From Coniocarpon cinnabarinum (taxonomy: Eukaryota): a stretch of DNA of 64,000 nucleotides. The notes below the pieces were generated by a model. That model had not been told where the DNA came from. It ran no database searches and saw only the letters and a program-made list of their open reading frames with translations. Below are positions 40,203-51,011 of this stretch, in pieces. A program made the translations under genes and the position numbers. The stretch's first letter is position 1, and every line of letters begins with the position of its first letter. Where the stretch lies: the NCBI GenBank assembly GCA_051942205.1, contig JAVECO010000013.1, positions 124,001 to 188,000 of the forward strand, written 5' to 3'.

Positions 40203-40655
40203 ATGCCCAGTCACAACACGTCGCATGGCCACATGGCCCGTCAAAAATCTCAGTACCGTTTCGAATTCGGTCCTCGCGTCTGTGCGTCAGAGCTTCGAGC
40301 ACGTTGGCTGAACTATCTGACCACACACATGTTCCTCATGCGCGGCTTATTCAATGGACAAGGCAATCGGCGAATCGTTCATAATGGAACCGCTGTCCTC
40401 TTCACTATCGAGACGCGATCCTTCCCGTGGCTTCGACCCGCATGATGGCGCGCTGTCAAACTGTTGGAAAAGAGTGGCCTGGTTCATGAGCATCGCTCGC
40501 GGAACGACGGAGAGATGTATATATCCAAGCATTCATTGCAAGAGCCTTTTGAAGATGCGGAGAATGTAAGCTCACGGACGGCGAAACGAGAACGAAGGAG
40601 AATGCGACATCAGAGAAAGGAGCGAGCTCTAAGTGAATGGCGTCAGTGGGAGTGA
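40203..40655 (+). pseudogene. Island family member 5, interrupted by one in-frame TGA (40443-40445)
   Basis: ORFs 40203-40445 and 40464-40655 are in the same frame. Read through, they give YRFEFGPRVCASELRARWLNYLTTHM...PWLRPA*WRAVKLLEKSGL...QEPFEDAENV, collinear with member 2 (QEPFTDAENM). Confidence 0.75.
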
Positions 40656-40833
40656 CCACGATTCTCAAGACGTTGCAGCTTGATCGATGTCGTTCCCTAA
40701 CTCAGTAGACGGCCTCGAACCAGGAGGACATGCACTAACGCGGAAATGTCACCATGGATGCCGGGACATCTCGCATTGAGATGTGTACCGCTGACCCTGC
40801 TCAAGATTGGAAACATTGTGGCCGGAACTCGCA

Positions 40834-41214
40834 TCACAGCAAAGTTTCGTAATCTGGAAGTCTAGTCTTGTGAGTTGGCGCCCATTCCTCATGTACTTTG
40901 TTGGCATCAAATGATAGTTTTGGCAGCCATGCCGGCTTCGCTGAAACTCTATGCAAGCCAAAATTCTCCATAATTTTCACTGCCTCGTGATACTCTCTCG
41001 TTGAGACTCCAGGTTGGGCTTCGTACACAAGATCGTGTACCTGCCAACCTTCCAGGACTTTGTAGGAGCCTTTGCCCTTGAGAAAGGAGGCATTCGGGAA
41101 CAGCTTTAGTGTGAGATCCAGGCCCCATTGTTCTATGTATCGCTCACGAACGTGATCCGCAGATATCCTGAAAGTAATGGTGAGTCTATGTTCTTCAGAG
41201 GCAGTGTTGACCAT
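40834..41214 (-). CDS. Probable island family member 6 (126 aa)
   Basis: ITFRIS...EQWGLDLTLKL...FLKGKG...LVY...AVKIMENFGL parallels LFNGQG...VLF...AVKLLEKSGL of member 5 and FFGGEG...VIY of member 2. Confidence 0.55.
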   Translation of the reverse strand: MVNTASEEHRLTITFRISADHVRERYIEQWGLDLTLKLFPNASFLKGKGSYKVLEGWQVHDLVYEAQPGVSTREYHEAVKIMENFGLHRVSAKPAWLPKLSFDANKVHEEWAPTHKTRLPDYETLL

Positions 41215-42613
41215 AGCAAGTCTCGATGATCGGTCGAGATATGAAAGCGCAAAAGCTCTCTCTTCTCAGTAAGGATGCAGTCTTTCAAGTTGGGCGCTTT
41301 GGCGGCAGTCAGACTATATCTTTGCTTTTGTCCAATGGAAAACCAAATGAGGTCGGGTTTAGCTGGCACCACGACAGACGTTCTTGAGATGTGAGCTCAA
41401 CCTTTCGAAAGCACCTAAACAAGGACTGTGTGGCAACAACCCAATGATATGTCCTGCGCATTAGTGCCGAGCCGTTCAGAGCTAGTCTCAGGGTATCATC
41501 TCCATGAGGTACAATGAGAAGACGATTTCGAATACCTTGACTTCTGCGAGCCGAGGGGTGATGATTAAATATGATGCCATTGGCGGTGATCAATGACGGA
41601 CATGAAATCTGTTCATGTGATGGGATCACCTCCTGCATCCATGATGAGACGGCCCGTAAGCGATGATGTCGGGTATTGCCATCTGCAAGAGTTGTGAGAA
41701 AGCGCGCCGCTCCCCCAGAGCACTATTCAGCAGCCCCATTGCCAAGAATACCGCTCATTGCCGATGGACAAGTAAGCTGACATATTCGTCCGCCCACGTG
41801 GCGGCAACGTACTGCCACGCTCATGGCATGATAGCATTAGGTGCCATGGTACTATTGTGGAGCAAGTCCGAAGAAAGTCATCATGACGAGCATCGAGGCC
41901 CTCACCGTCCTCTATTAACGCGCCTTTTCAATCATTAGATCAAGATAAAGCAGGCGGCCAGGGCTGCCGGCTCTTTCAATAATCATCTATGCGCCGGTGT
42001 TTCAGTCAGAGAAACTGCTGATTTGAACATCGAGACAACTTGTTCATTGTCTTCTAGGCTGAGCCGACCAAACGGTCTGTTTCATATGTCAATCAGGTTT
42101 AGCTGGCAGCCGCAAGCTGACAGCTGCCGTGAGGCAACTTCGACTCAAAGAACTTATTCGCACCTGAGCCAATAGCAGTATTGAACACGTATGTTTGCTA
42201 TTAGAGATTAGAGATCATATGACGTGAGGCACGGGACGCGACATCACGTGATTGGGACTCAGCTGACAGTGCCACAAATATTTCAGGCTTCCGTGCGCGT
42301 CTGCCCCAGGCCACGTGCCGTCCTTTTAGAAATTTCAAACACCACGAACAGAGACAAGACATCATCAGAGACACTTTCAAGAGCAATGCAAAAGTCGTTG
42401 TGAGAAGTGAAGTGACAAGTCTTTGCGATCACTCCGCATCCGCTTTCAATTCATGAAGCGCACCTACGTAAAACCTAGCAGCGACATCGACGTAGCAGTT
42501 CCACGTCCAAGTCCATTGACAGTTCGGGAAAAAACCGCAGGCACGCTCCAAGATTCCTTTGTTATCACCTGACATCCGCCCATCCCCTCGCACGTTCCGA
42601 TTCCGACATTCCT

Positions 42614-42944
42614 TCAGCACTTGCAGATGTAGTGACCTAGGTTGCCTGACCCCTTCTTGCACGTGCCCTGGATACAGTTGTTCTCGCACTTCTTCTTGCT
42701 GCCGTACGAGGCGTCACACAGCTGAGCGGCGCTGCAACAGGATGGTCAGCCAATTATTGACATGTATCATGGGGACAAATTTGGAAGGTTTGCTCAAGAC
42801 ATACCGGGCTTCGACGACAGGTTGCGCCTCGGCCATGGCGTTGGGCTCGGCATCAGCTAAGGCATTGGGCTCTGCCTCAGGGAGAGGGTTGGCGACCGCA
42901 AAGGCGGTGAGGAAGAGGGCGATGGAGACGAGAGTGAAGTGCAT
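42614..42944 (-). CDS. Defensin-like (CS-alpha-beta) prepropeptide, 85 aa (exons 42944-42805 and 42731-42614)
   Basis: Signal peptide MHFTLVSIALFLTAFAVA; X-Pro/X-Ala dipeptide pro-region; intron GTATGT...GCTGAC...CAG; predicted mature AAQLCDASYGSKKKCENNCIQGTCKKGSGNLGHYICKC with C...CxxxC...GxC...CxC. Confidence 0.88.
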
Positions 42945-44665
42945 GGTTGCTGTTGGTTTGGAGATTGGGGATTTTTGTTGAAGTGCTTTGGCGATTACTT
43001 TGGTATGAATCTGAATACAGCTGATCGATTGTGGTGCAGATAAGAGGGAACTGCTGGACGGACAGCTCTCTTAAGTATTCTCGCTGCTGGTCAGCCTGGT
43101 CCACCTCGCCGACGACCATCCTAATGAGCTCGCTTATCACTGCCTCTTTACGAAGTCTCGATGACGACGTTGTATGCATTGCCGACGGGCGAGGAGTATT
43201 TGATGGATTCACATTGTAACGCGCCGCCTGTGATACACGCACAGTGGCCACTCGTGGTCTTGCTGTCATTGGTGAGCAGCATGTCGAGGAGGTCCACGCC
43301 GTGAGAAAAGAGTTTGACAGCGGAACCACATGGATGCTTTTGATAAATGTTGTGCGATTGAGGAAGAGAAGAAGTCTGCATTACGTTTTCGTCCGCGGAT
43401 TTTACATTCGGATCGTGACGATCCAGCCGTCATGGCTTCATACGTCCACGGAGCATGGTTCTATTTACTCCATGGAGAGATGAACCCTTCTCCCGCCTAT
43501 GTGGATTCTGGATAATATTCATCCGCGGACTTTGCTTGCTTGACGCAGCAAGTTGACAGCGGCCAAAGCGCTTAGATGAGGTCGCTGGGGGTTTTGAAAA
43601 TTGTAATCAGTGCACGAAGCTTACGAATCTATTGATACTCTCGATGATGGGGGAAATCACATGAGGCTCAAATCATATTCGGAAAAGTTCGAGGCAGGTA
43701 TAAGAGACGCACTATAAGTTAGTAACATATAATGTGGGGTCGCTTAGCGCTTACTGTAGATCTTCTCGCCTGGGAAAGACTCATGATCACGTGACTGGAT
43801 CCGGGATAGATACTACGAGCAGCGGACCTGAGTCTAATCCGGTACGACTTCAATCCTGCAAAAGCACTGTTTGTACTTCGCGTGCCGCATCGCTACGATC
43901 AATGATTGATCAATAGCCTGACGTCGGCAGCACGCGAGGTTGCCCCAGGTCCCACATCAAAGCTGGCTGCAGTTACATCCGGCTCGTGCCTCGTATGCCG
44001 CTCGCTAGACCGTCTGTCGAAATCAAGCAGCGTCGCCTTGAAGGATTAGCTCGTGCACTTGTGCACTGCTCGCGTCCATATGCACCGCATACGGACTCAC
44101 TGATTGCTGGTGTGACGAGGAGCCCTTTGAGACACTGTGAATGGGCAGGCATGACGAGGCCGATGCTACTTTGCACGCACCAAGCCTTTTCACCGCCGTT
44201 CCAGAAGATTGCTACTGGTCGAGTGCCGCTTTGAAAGGCAAACGACGCACTTTCTCTTAGGGAAGAGCTGCGGACCGAAAGAAGTAACCGAGATCGATCA
44301 GCTTGGTGGAGACAGCGAGTCCGTGGAGGTCGGTCTTGACCGCTGGTCTCGTCACAAAATCAACCATTGGGCCATTGAGTGAGCCGTCATTAACCGACAT
44401 CGACCCCTGACTTTCACTTGACGAGAGGGTTGCCGAAATTGTGAAGGTATCAGTACAAAGGATACGTTACACTTGTGATCCGTCATAAGACGTTGGCAGA
44501 AGAGCTCCATAGCGTGGCCGTCGCGATAATATCGAGCTGACCCTGCGGATGAGCGGTCGACATGCACTCCTTCTTTTCGGGCGGGAGCCGATGACGTTGA
44601 AGTGAAAACCCCATAGTAAAGTGACTCGCTCGATTCGCCTGTCTTGATCCATAACGGATCCGCCT

Positions 44666-45379
44666 TCACTGGAACATAGGCCATTTGGGCATTTCAGTAT
44701 TCTGAGAGGCATCCTGTGAAGACTCCGCTTCCACATGCTCGCCATCACCCTCCGTGCTCTTGCCATCATCTGCCTCTAGGGGTCCAAACTCCTTGCCATC
44801 ATCCTTCCATCGTTTTTTCAGCTCTTTACCATCCTCGGGCGATGGTACCCACTCAGGCGGCGGGGCAGTTATTGATGTTTTGGGCACAAATCGTATTGCT
44901 CTCCGTCCTTTTGGGATGGGCGTCAGGTACTTTTCCCAAGACTTTTTGTTCTCGCCTTTCGGTTGGCCTTCTTCCTCCAGACCTGCCTTGCGAAGCATCA
45001 TACCAATGTGACGCAGCTCCCTCTTCGTAATTTGACGCATATTTGGCCTGCAATCCAGAATAGGGCAGCAGTATGCATCAGGCCAATGTCTATGATTGTG
45101 TGATTCCACGGAACTATTGCCCTGAAGAAAACCTGGGAGGGTTGCGAGTTTCAAATAGCTGTACCACCAATTTGTATAGGAGAAAGGTCGGATGTAATAG
45201 TGAACATTGACAGCCAGCGAAAAATGTCGTCTGATAGCAAACTCAATCCGTTGAAGAAACACGGGAAGAGGGTGTAGTTTGTCTTCATCCTCACCAGGCG
45301 GGTCAGCGTTGGCTAGGGCTCGGTAGAGTGATTCCGCTTCTGTAAGGTTAATCTCTATTACATCAGAGTCATCGGCCAT
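44666..45379 (-). CDS. Probable island family member 7 (237 aa)
   Basis: WWYSYLKLATL..FLQG...MLRKAGL...IRFVPK parallels member 1 (LLRKVGL...TKFVPR). N-terminal VIEINL matches VNEINL of member 4. Confidence 0.6.
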   Translation of the reverse strand: MADDSDVIEINLTEAESLYRALANADPPGEDEDKLHPLPVFLQRIEFAIRRHFSLAVNVHYYIRPFSYTNWWYSYLKLATLPGFLQGNSSVESHNHRHWPDAYCCPILDCRPNMRQITKRELRHIGMMLRKAGLEEEGQPKGENKKSWEKYLTPIPKGRRAIRFVPKTSITAPPPEWVPSPEDGKELKKRWKDDGKEFGPLEADDGKSTEGDGEHVEAESSQDASQNTEMPKWPMFQ

Positions 45380-46766
45380 AACTGTAGATATGTAGTATCA
45401 CACTTTCAACGCACCCACAAGCGAATATAAGACACAGGTTTTAAAATGAAGTAAGCGTGCTAGCAGAGATTGATAAATGTGGCCTTGATAGAGTACACGT
45501 CTCCAATCGGGAGGGTACCCGGCTTCGCACCATCAGAGTGGCTCGCGCGTAAACTCTGTTGACTTGCATCCACTCAGCGTATGAGACGAGCAGCTGTCGC
45601 CATGCCCAACATTGAATGGCCTTCAGACGTCATGATGGGAATGTTCCATAGTCTGATGTTGCAAATGACCCACATGTTCATTTAGGAAGCTGATGGCGAC
45701 GGACCACGCTTAGAAATCTTGGCCAAAAGCATGCCACAACGCCCTACGGGAGGTCATGGCGAAATCAACAATGTGCAGGTAACAGTGAGAATCCACTGAG
45801 CTAAATATGGCGAAAGATGTGTTTCTCGGTGGTTGCTGCGATCCTGCTACAGGTATATTAGCGACGCACGACTGCTGCAATGGCCCAGTGATGACAGGTC
45901 ACTTAACACGAGCCAACAAAGAACGAACGCGTGATCGATTTGTGGACCCCAACGCAAGCACCCACTCTGCTCCTTGTGACTCCTGCCGAAGTATAGTTTA
46001 TTTCGCGACCCGCGTCACAACCCTCCTATTCAGTTTCAGGTCCACCCTTGTGATCTTTTTCACGTCAAATACGAGACCCATGCCGATGCCACAGGCGTTT
46101 CGCATGAAGTCTAACAGCTCCTGCGCATGGGGTCATATTTGCGAAGCCGATCCATGATCTGAACGTGTGTTAAGATCTCTTGTACTAATTCACGTCACGA
46201 AACAACGTATTATCTCACGTCGCGCTGCACTCAAGCACATGCAGACCTTGCTGTGAGTGTTAACGAAACTATCAACGATGCTCGCGGTCGCTAACTCGGA
46301 TGAGCAAGATAATACTGACTGGCAGCCATTCATGTCACCAGACAGTGACGTTTCGAAGGATACGTCATTATGTGCATTCCAATCAACGGACGCTAAGTAT
46401 TCAGCTCGTGCTGTGGATGCTGTGAACATGGATAGCTTACGCTGAGCCAAGCTTTTGAATATCTTAGCAAACCCATGCAGAAAGGCAGGCTACTGTGACG
46501 ACGCTGATATTTTATACCTCGGGCTCTCCATGAAAAAAATCTATGCCTTGCAAAATTGGGAGCTTGTGGAGTGTGGAAATGGGTGACAATCTTTGCAGAC
46601 TTCTCCACATTTGGGCATAGACTTATGCTGCGAATTCATTTGTACGAGTGTATCTAGTCATTATCATGGTGCCTTGTGCACGAAAATTCCTAGGCAGCAT
46701 CACAAGAGAGGCCAATCAACGGACCTGTCAACCGCGGCTTGTACAACTATCATGTACCAAGTAACT

Positions 46767-48158
46767 TCAGAGATAAACCTGAAACACGGCATTCTTGGCC
46801 GTCGTCTTCACACCGCACGCTTCGACAACACATTCTTTCAGTCTCTTCCGTCCATGTAAGCCTAGTTCCGATGGCTGTAGATCTTTTGCCTTGCCTTTGC
46901 GCTGGGGCGCAGCTTTGCGATTCTTTTCATCCGCGCAGAGACCACAGTACACGTGTCCACATTCGCGCACGACCCATACTTCTTTGCTCAAGCGCTGCGC
47001 ATCTTCATTTGTAGTCTCAAACGGCGGAACTGGGGAATTGCACAATTCTCCGTCACAATTGGGGCACACCAGCTCATCTTGCTCTCGGGGATCACGAGTG
47101 AAGCCCGCACGCACGTTGGGCAAGGGCAATAGCTCTCTCGCGGTAGGATAATCGGCACTTTGTCCCACGTCATTATCTTCAAATACTGGGAAGGGTTCCC
47201 ACTGCATTGTATCATCATCCATATTACCCAAGCTGAACGCTGCCTGATCATAGTTCATTTGGCCAGGATGAACAAAGAGCGGAGGTAAGGTGTTGGTGCT
47301 CATTGAGGCTGCGACATCTCTAGGGTGGGGAGGCCATGGGCGCCCTGCACGAGCGAATATGTGGTTGCGAGCTATGTGTCCCGGGTTCGGCCGATGCCTT
47401 CGACGGGAACGTTGTTGAGCTCTGGCAGCGGAATTGTCCGCCGGCGCTGGTCGCGTCTGAGGTCGGGATGCCCAGGAGATAACCTGCACATCGTCGTCAC
47501 TGTCATCGACAGCGATTGGTTGCCTTGTCTGTGTGCCCATGTCGTGACGTGATCGTGCAGGAGTATCAAGGTTAACAACCGGAGGAGCGTAGTGGTTGAA
47601 AAAACGTTCTCTGTCAGCTTCATTCTCATTAAATGGGGTTTCTGCTGCAGGGCGCGCATGACTATCTTCTGCCGAGAACCTCCTAGAATTGATTCGAGCC
47701 GGAGATGGTTGCGATTGCCAGAGACCAATTCGTAACGTGGCGTCCATGGTCAATGGGAATCCATCCCTAGGATGGATTGCTGCTCGAGGAGGTCTGTCTG
47801 CCATTCGTGGTCTTCTGCTCGATCTTTGAGTGTCAGAATCTGTACTTGGGGTTCTGTGAGCGCGATTCGGTCTGCCAGGAGCATTCTGAGCGGAGGTGGC
47901 TGCACTGGCGGGTTGCTGAGGGCGTGACGATGTAAGATCGAGAACTTCGATAGATGGTGATCTCCGATGCGACCGGCTCTCCTGCTGGGCCGAGTTTGCT
48001 GCTATTTGAGTGTCTGTGCCACCAATGGGTCTTCGAAAATCGAATCCGTCACCCGGGTATCTTCGGTTTGAAAGGAACTGCCGTTCATACGAGGAAAGCG
48101 TTCTCGAGCTGCTCGGTCTTGCGTCCTGATCTCGAGGTGGTACGTCACGTTCGGCCAT
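46767..48158 (-). CDS. RING-like protein with SIM-like motifs (Slx5/Rfp-like SUMO-targeted ubiquitin ligase subunit)
   Basis: C-terminal CPNC...CGHVYCGLC...CVVEAC RING variant; SIM-like IEVLDLT, VVNLD and DDDVQVIS in a disordered N-terminus. Confidence 0.8.
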   Translation of the reverse strand: MAERDVPPRDQDARPSSSRTLSSYERQFLSNRRYPGDGFDFRRPIGGTDTQIAANSAQQESRSHRRSPSIEVLDLTSSRPQQPASAATSAQNAPGRPNRAHRTPSTDSDTQRSSRRPRMADRPPRAAIHPRDGFPLTMDATLRIGLWQSQPSPARINSRRFSAEDSHARPAAETPFNENEADRERFFNHYAPPVVNLDTPARSRHDMGTQTRQPIAVDDSDDDVQVISWASRPQTRPAPADNSAARAQQRSRRRHRPNPGHIARNHIFARAGRPWPPHPRDVAASMSTNTLPPLFVHPGQMNYDQAAFSLGNMDDDTMQWEPFPVFEDNDVGQSADYPTARELLPLPNVRAGFTRDPREQDELVCPNCDGELCNSPVPPFETTNEDAQRLSKEVWVVRECGHVYCGLCADEKNRKAAPQRKGKAKDLQPSELGLHGRKRLKECVVEACGVKTTAKNAVFQVYL

Positions 48159-48839
48159 GGTCGAGAAACTTCTCTGTCGAGGTCAGTCCTGTTCTATGGA
48201 GCACAGCATCTGTCTAAGTGTAGGTGCAACTGTACACACTTTGTGGGGAGTGGTAGATGTGAAGCCTAGAGATGGGGGTTTTAGTATTGCGGCACTTGAC
48301 ATAATGAAGAGAGCGATGGGGAATTAGACAACGCTTCCATAGAAGTCTGTCTGATTGGGTGTTCGGGAGGGGAAGAGAAAGTGAAAGTAGGTAAAGAGAA
48401 CCTAGGTAGTTAAAAGAACGCCGCCGCTAAGTCGAATCCCCGCAAGGTCTATGGGGCGGCAACTGGGGCGGCAATAAGACTATACTTACCAATGGCACTT
48501 TAAAAGACATCCGCCTGCGGTGTCACGTCCTGATGTGTTGCAATCGTGAATCAATCAAAGAATCAAGTACACACCCAACAACAATTAAGCAATCTCTCCA
48601 AAAGCGCTCAAATGTCTGAGCTACATTGGAGTGCTGCATAAGCTACCTAACTAGCGAGTTTGGAGAACAAGCGCTGAAGTGTCTTAATTTCACAGTAGCT
48701 TCTTTGAAGGTCTTTCGCCGGAATTATTGAGACTTATTATACAGAGCGTCGTCATCTTCCACAGCAAGCCAAAGCCCCAACGCCTCGCTTGAACGACGCA
48801 ATTCCCTTGTTTGACGGTGTTGAGAATCCTGCTGCCCGT

Positions 48840-50549
48840 TCATTTGACGACCTTGAGGATGCCGTCAGCCGTCAGAGCCACCAGTCCCTTTGCCAATGGC
48901 CCCCAGTGCACCGCCACAACGTTCATCGCTTTCTTCAGAGGTTGTGACCAGGTCTTAGCACTTCTGTCATAAGCGTGAATGTTTACAGACTGAGCACCGC
49001 CTGCAGCAAGAAATTGGCCGGTGTAGTCCCACTCGAGGGTGTCAATGGGGTCTCCGAAGTCGAGAGTATGCGCAGTATTCATCTTGCTCAAAGTAATGAT
49101 TTCGACTGTTGGCGAGCCTGTGACAGCCACCGCCAGCCAGAGACCATTCTCAGAGAAGGCCAGTGAAGCAATCGGTCCAGGGAATGTGAACGTATGCTCA
49201 TTCTTTCCCGTTTTCGGTGTGAAAATTGATACCGTTCCAGTCTTCGATCCGACGGCTAGGAGGTTGCCATCTGGATGAAACTGACAGGATGTAAGGGCTG
49301 TCGCAAGTCAATGAATTGAGATCTTACGCAACCATCAAGAAACTTACCAGAATCCGTGTAGATTTGTGTGAGTTTCTCCTTCTTTGCAACATCATATAGA
49401 ACAAAGCTCTTGTCTTCGCCTACGGACGCCAGGTATCGTCTGCTTGGATGGATTCCAAGAGCTGTAGCTGATCCCGCATGCTCTTTGAATGAGGCCATTT
49501 CGCTGTCAGCGTTGAAAAATTTCACCTCACCAGAAGCAAGTGACGTTGCCGAGCGGAGTCCATTGTCGAAGTCGACACAAACGACGTCGGTAACAGCAGC
49601 ATCTCCAGGCTGGAAAACGCGCATGGTTTCATCTTTGGGTACGTTGTAGATGCAAGCACTGCCATCACAACCACCAATCAAAGCAAGCTTGCCTGCAAAG
49701 CAATTAGCCTAGGCTCTGACTCGATTTCAGTGTGAATTTTCGAGTGCCTACCGCCTTCTGTAATTTTGGTGTTAAGATCGAACGCCTTGCTATCCGCCGG
49801 CACGAGTGTAGCTTGACGTTGAGCCACGTCAAAGCTCTGAATTTTTTCAACAGTAGTCCAACCTTCTGGCACAGGCCGTTTGCGCCGTGTTTGCGAGGTC
49901 TTTGCTTGAAACTCATCAAAGTGTGAGGCAACGTCTGCGGGCAGCGATGTTCCATCATCCACTTGCATTGCACCACCGTCTGCGTGCCCATTGACTGATG
50001 GAGTAGCCATTGGAGGTGCCGCCTGTATTTGGCCCACGCTCATTTTGCTCAGAGCCTCCCGCGCTTCATTACGCTCTCTTGATAGCCGGGAAATAACGCG
50101 CACTGCAGCATCATTGTTGTATAACGCCTGCGCAAGCTCTTGTTTCAGTTGACCCAATTGCTGTTTGAGTGCGTAATTGTCCAGCATGACCGAGTCCCAC
50201 TCGTTTTGGAAAGCTGACAACAAAGACGGAATTGACGTGAACGTAGGCGGTCGCGGTTTCACGGTCTGGGGCGAGTGCAACGCCACGAGGTCCTCGACAT
50301 CGAGCTCTTCATTCGTGATGGGATCTTTGTGGTGTTCGCTGATGTAGGCTTCCACAAGGCGCCTCTCGAAAACATTGCCTAGTCACTCGTAAGCTGCCGA
50401 TGAGTCGTCTGTTTGTGACAGCCTTGTACGAACCACTCTTTTTTGAAGCTACCGGCTCCTGCGGTGTTTCGCCGGATACTGAAATTGGCGTCAGCTGAAT
50501 TAGTCACATACATACATCGACAGAGAAACTACTCACTTGCGCACTGCAT
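48840..50549 (-). CDS. PRP19: Pre-mRNA splicing factor Prp19 (U-box, coiled coil, WD40), multi-exon
   Basis: [32 protein letters not shown] U-box; RPPTFTSIPSLLSAFQNEWDSVML; WD40 repeats. Confidence 0.96.
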
Positions 50550-51011
50550 ACTGCCTAACAAGCGCAGCAACGCGGCAAAAATGCTTCGAGTTTGCACACG
50601 ACGAATAAGTTCGTCTTATACACTGTTCGCGGGAGGCGTAGGAGGTTACATGCCTGAGAACTGAGGCTAATGTTCATGTAATCGTTCTATTGCTTACTGC
50701 CACCAGTACTACCACGCGGCGTCCCTGAGCCCCTGTTTAAGCAAACGCGAAAATGTCATTGGGAAGTCAGAGACATCAGCCCAGACGTCAGGGTAAGTCA
50801 GCGTTGCCTCTGTTTGCTACTTCATGAGACAGTCGTCTCGAATGGTAAGTAATTAAAATATCGCACATTTCGAAGCTTTCATACGGCCCCAAGCCAGCCT
50901 TCTCAGTTTACCGATATTTTCGAACTCCGACGCTGCCATATATGATTCTCAAAATTCGAGGACAATGATCATGCTGATCGGTTGATACCACAGACATGTA
51001 GACAGATCCTG

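Noticed and set aside
40443..40445. Selenocysteine reading of the in-frame TGA
   Set aside because: The position is not a conserved Cys in the paralogs, and ascomycetes are not known to have Sec machinery.
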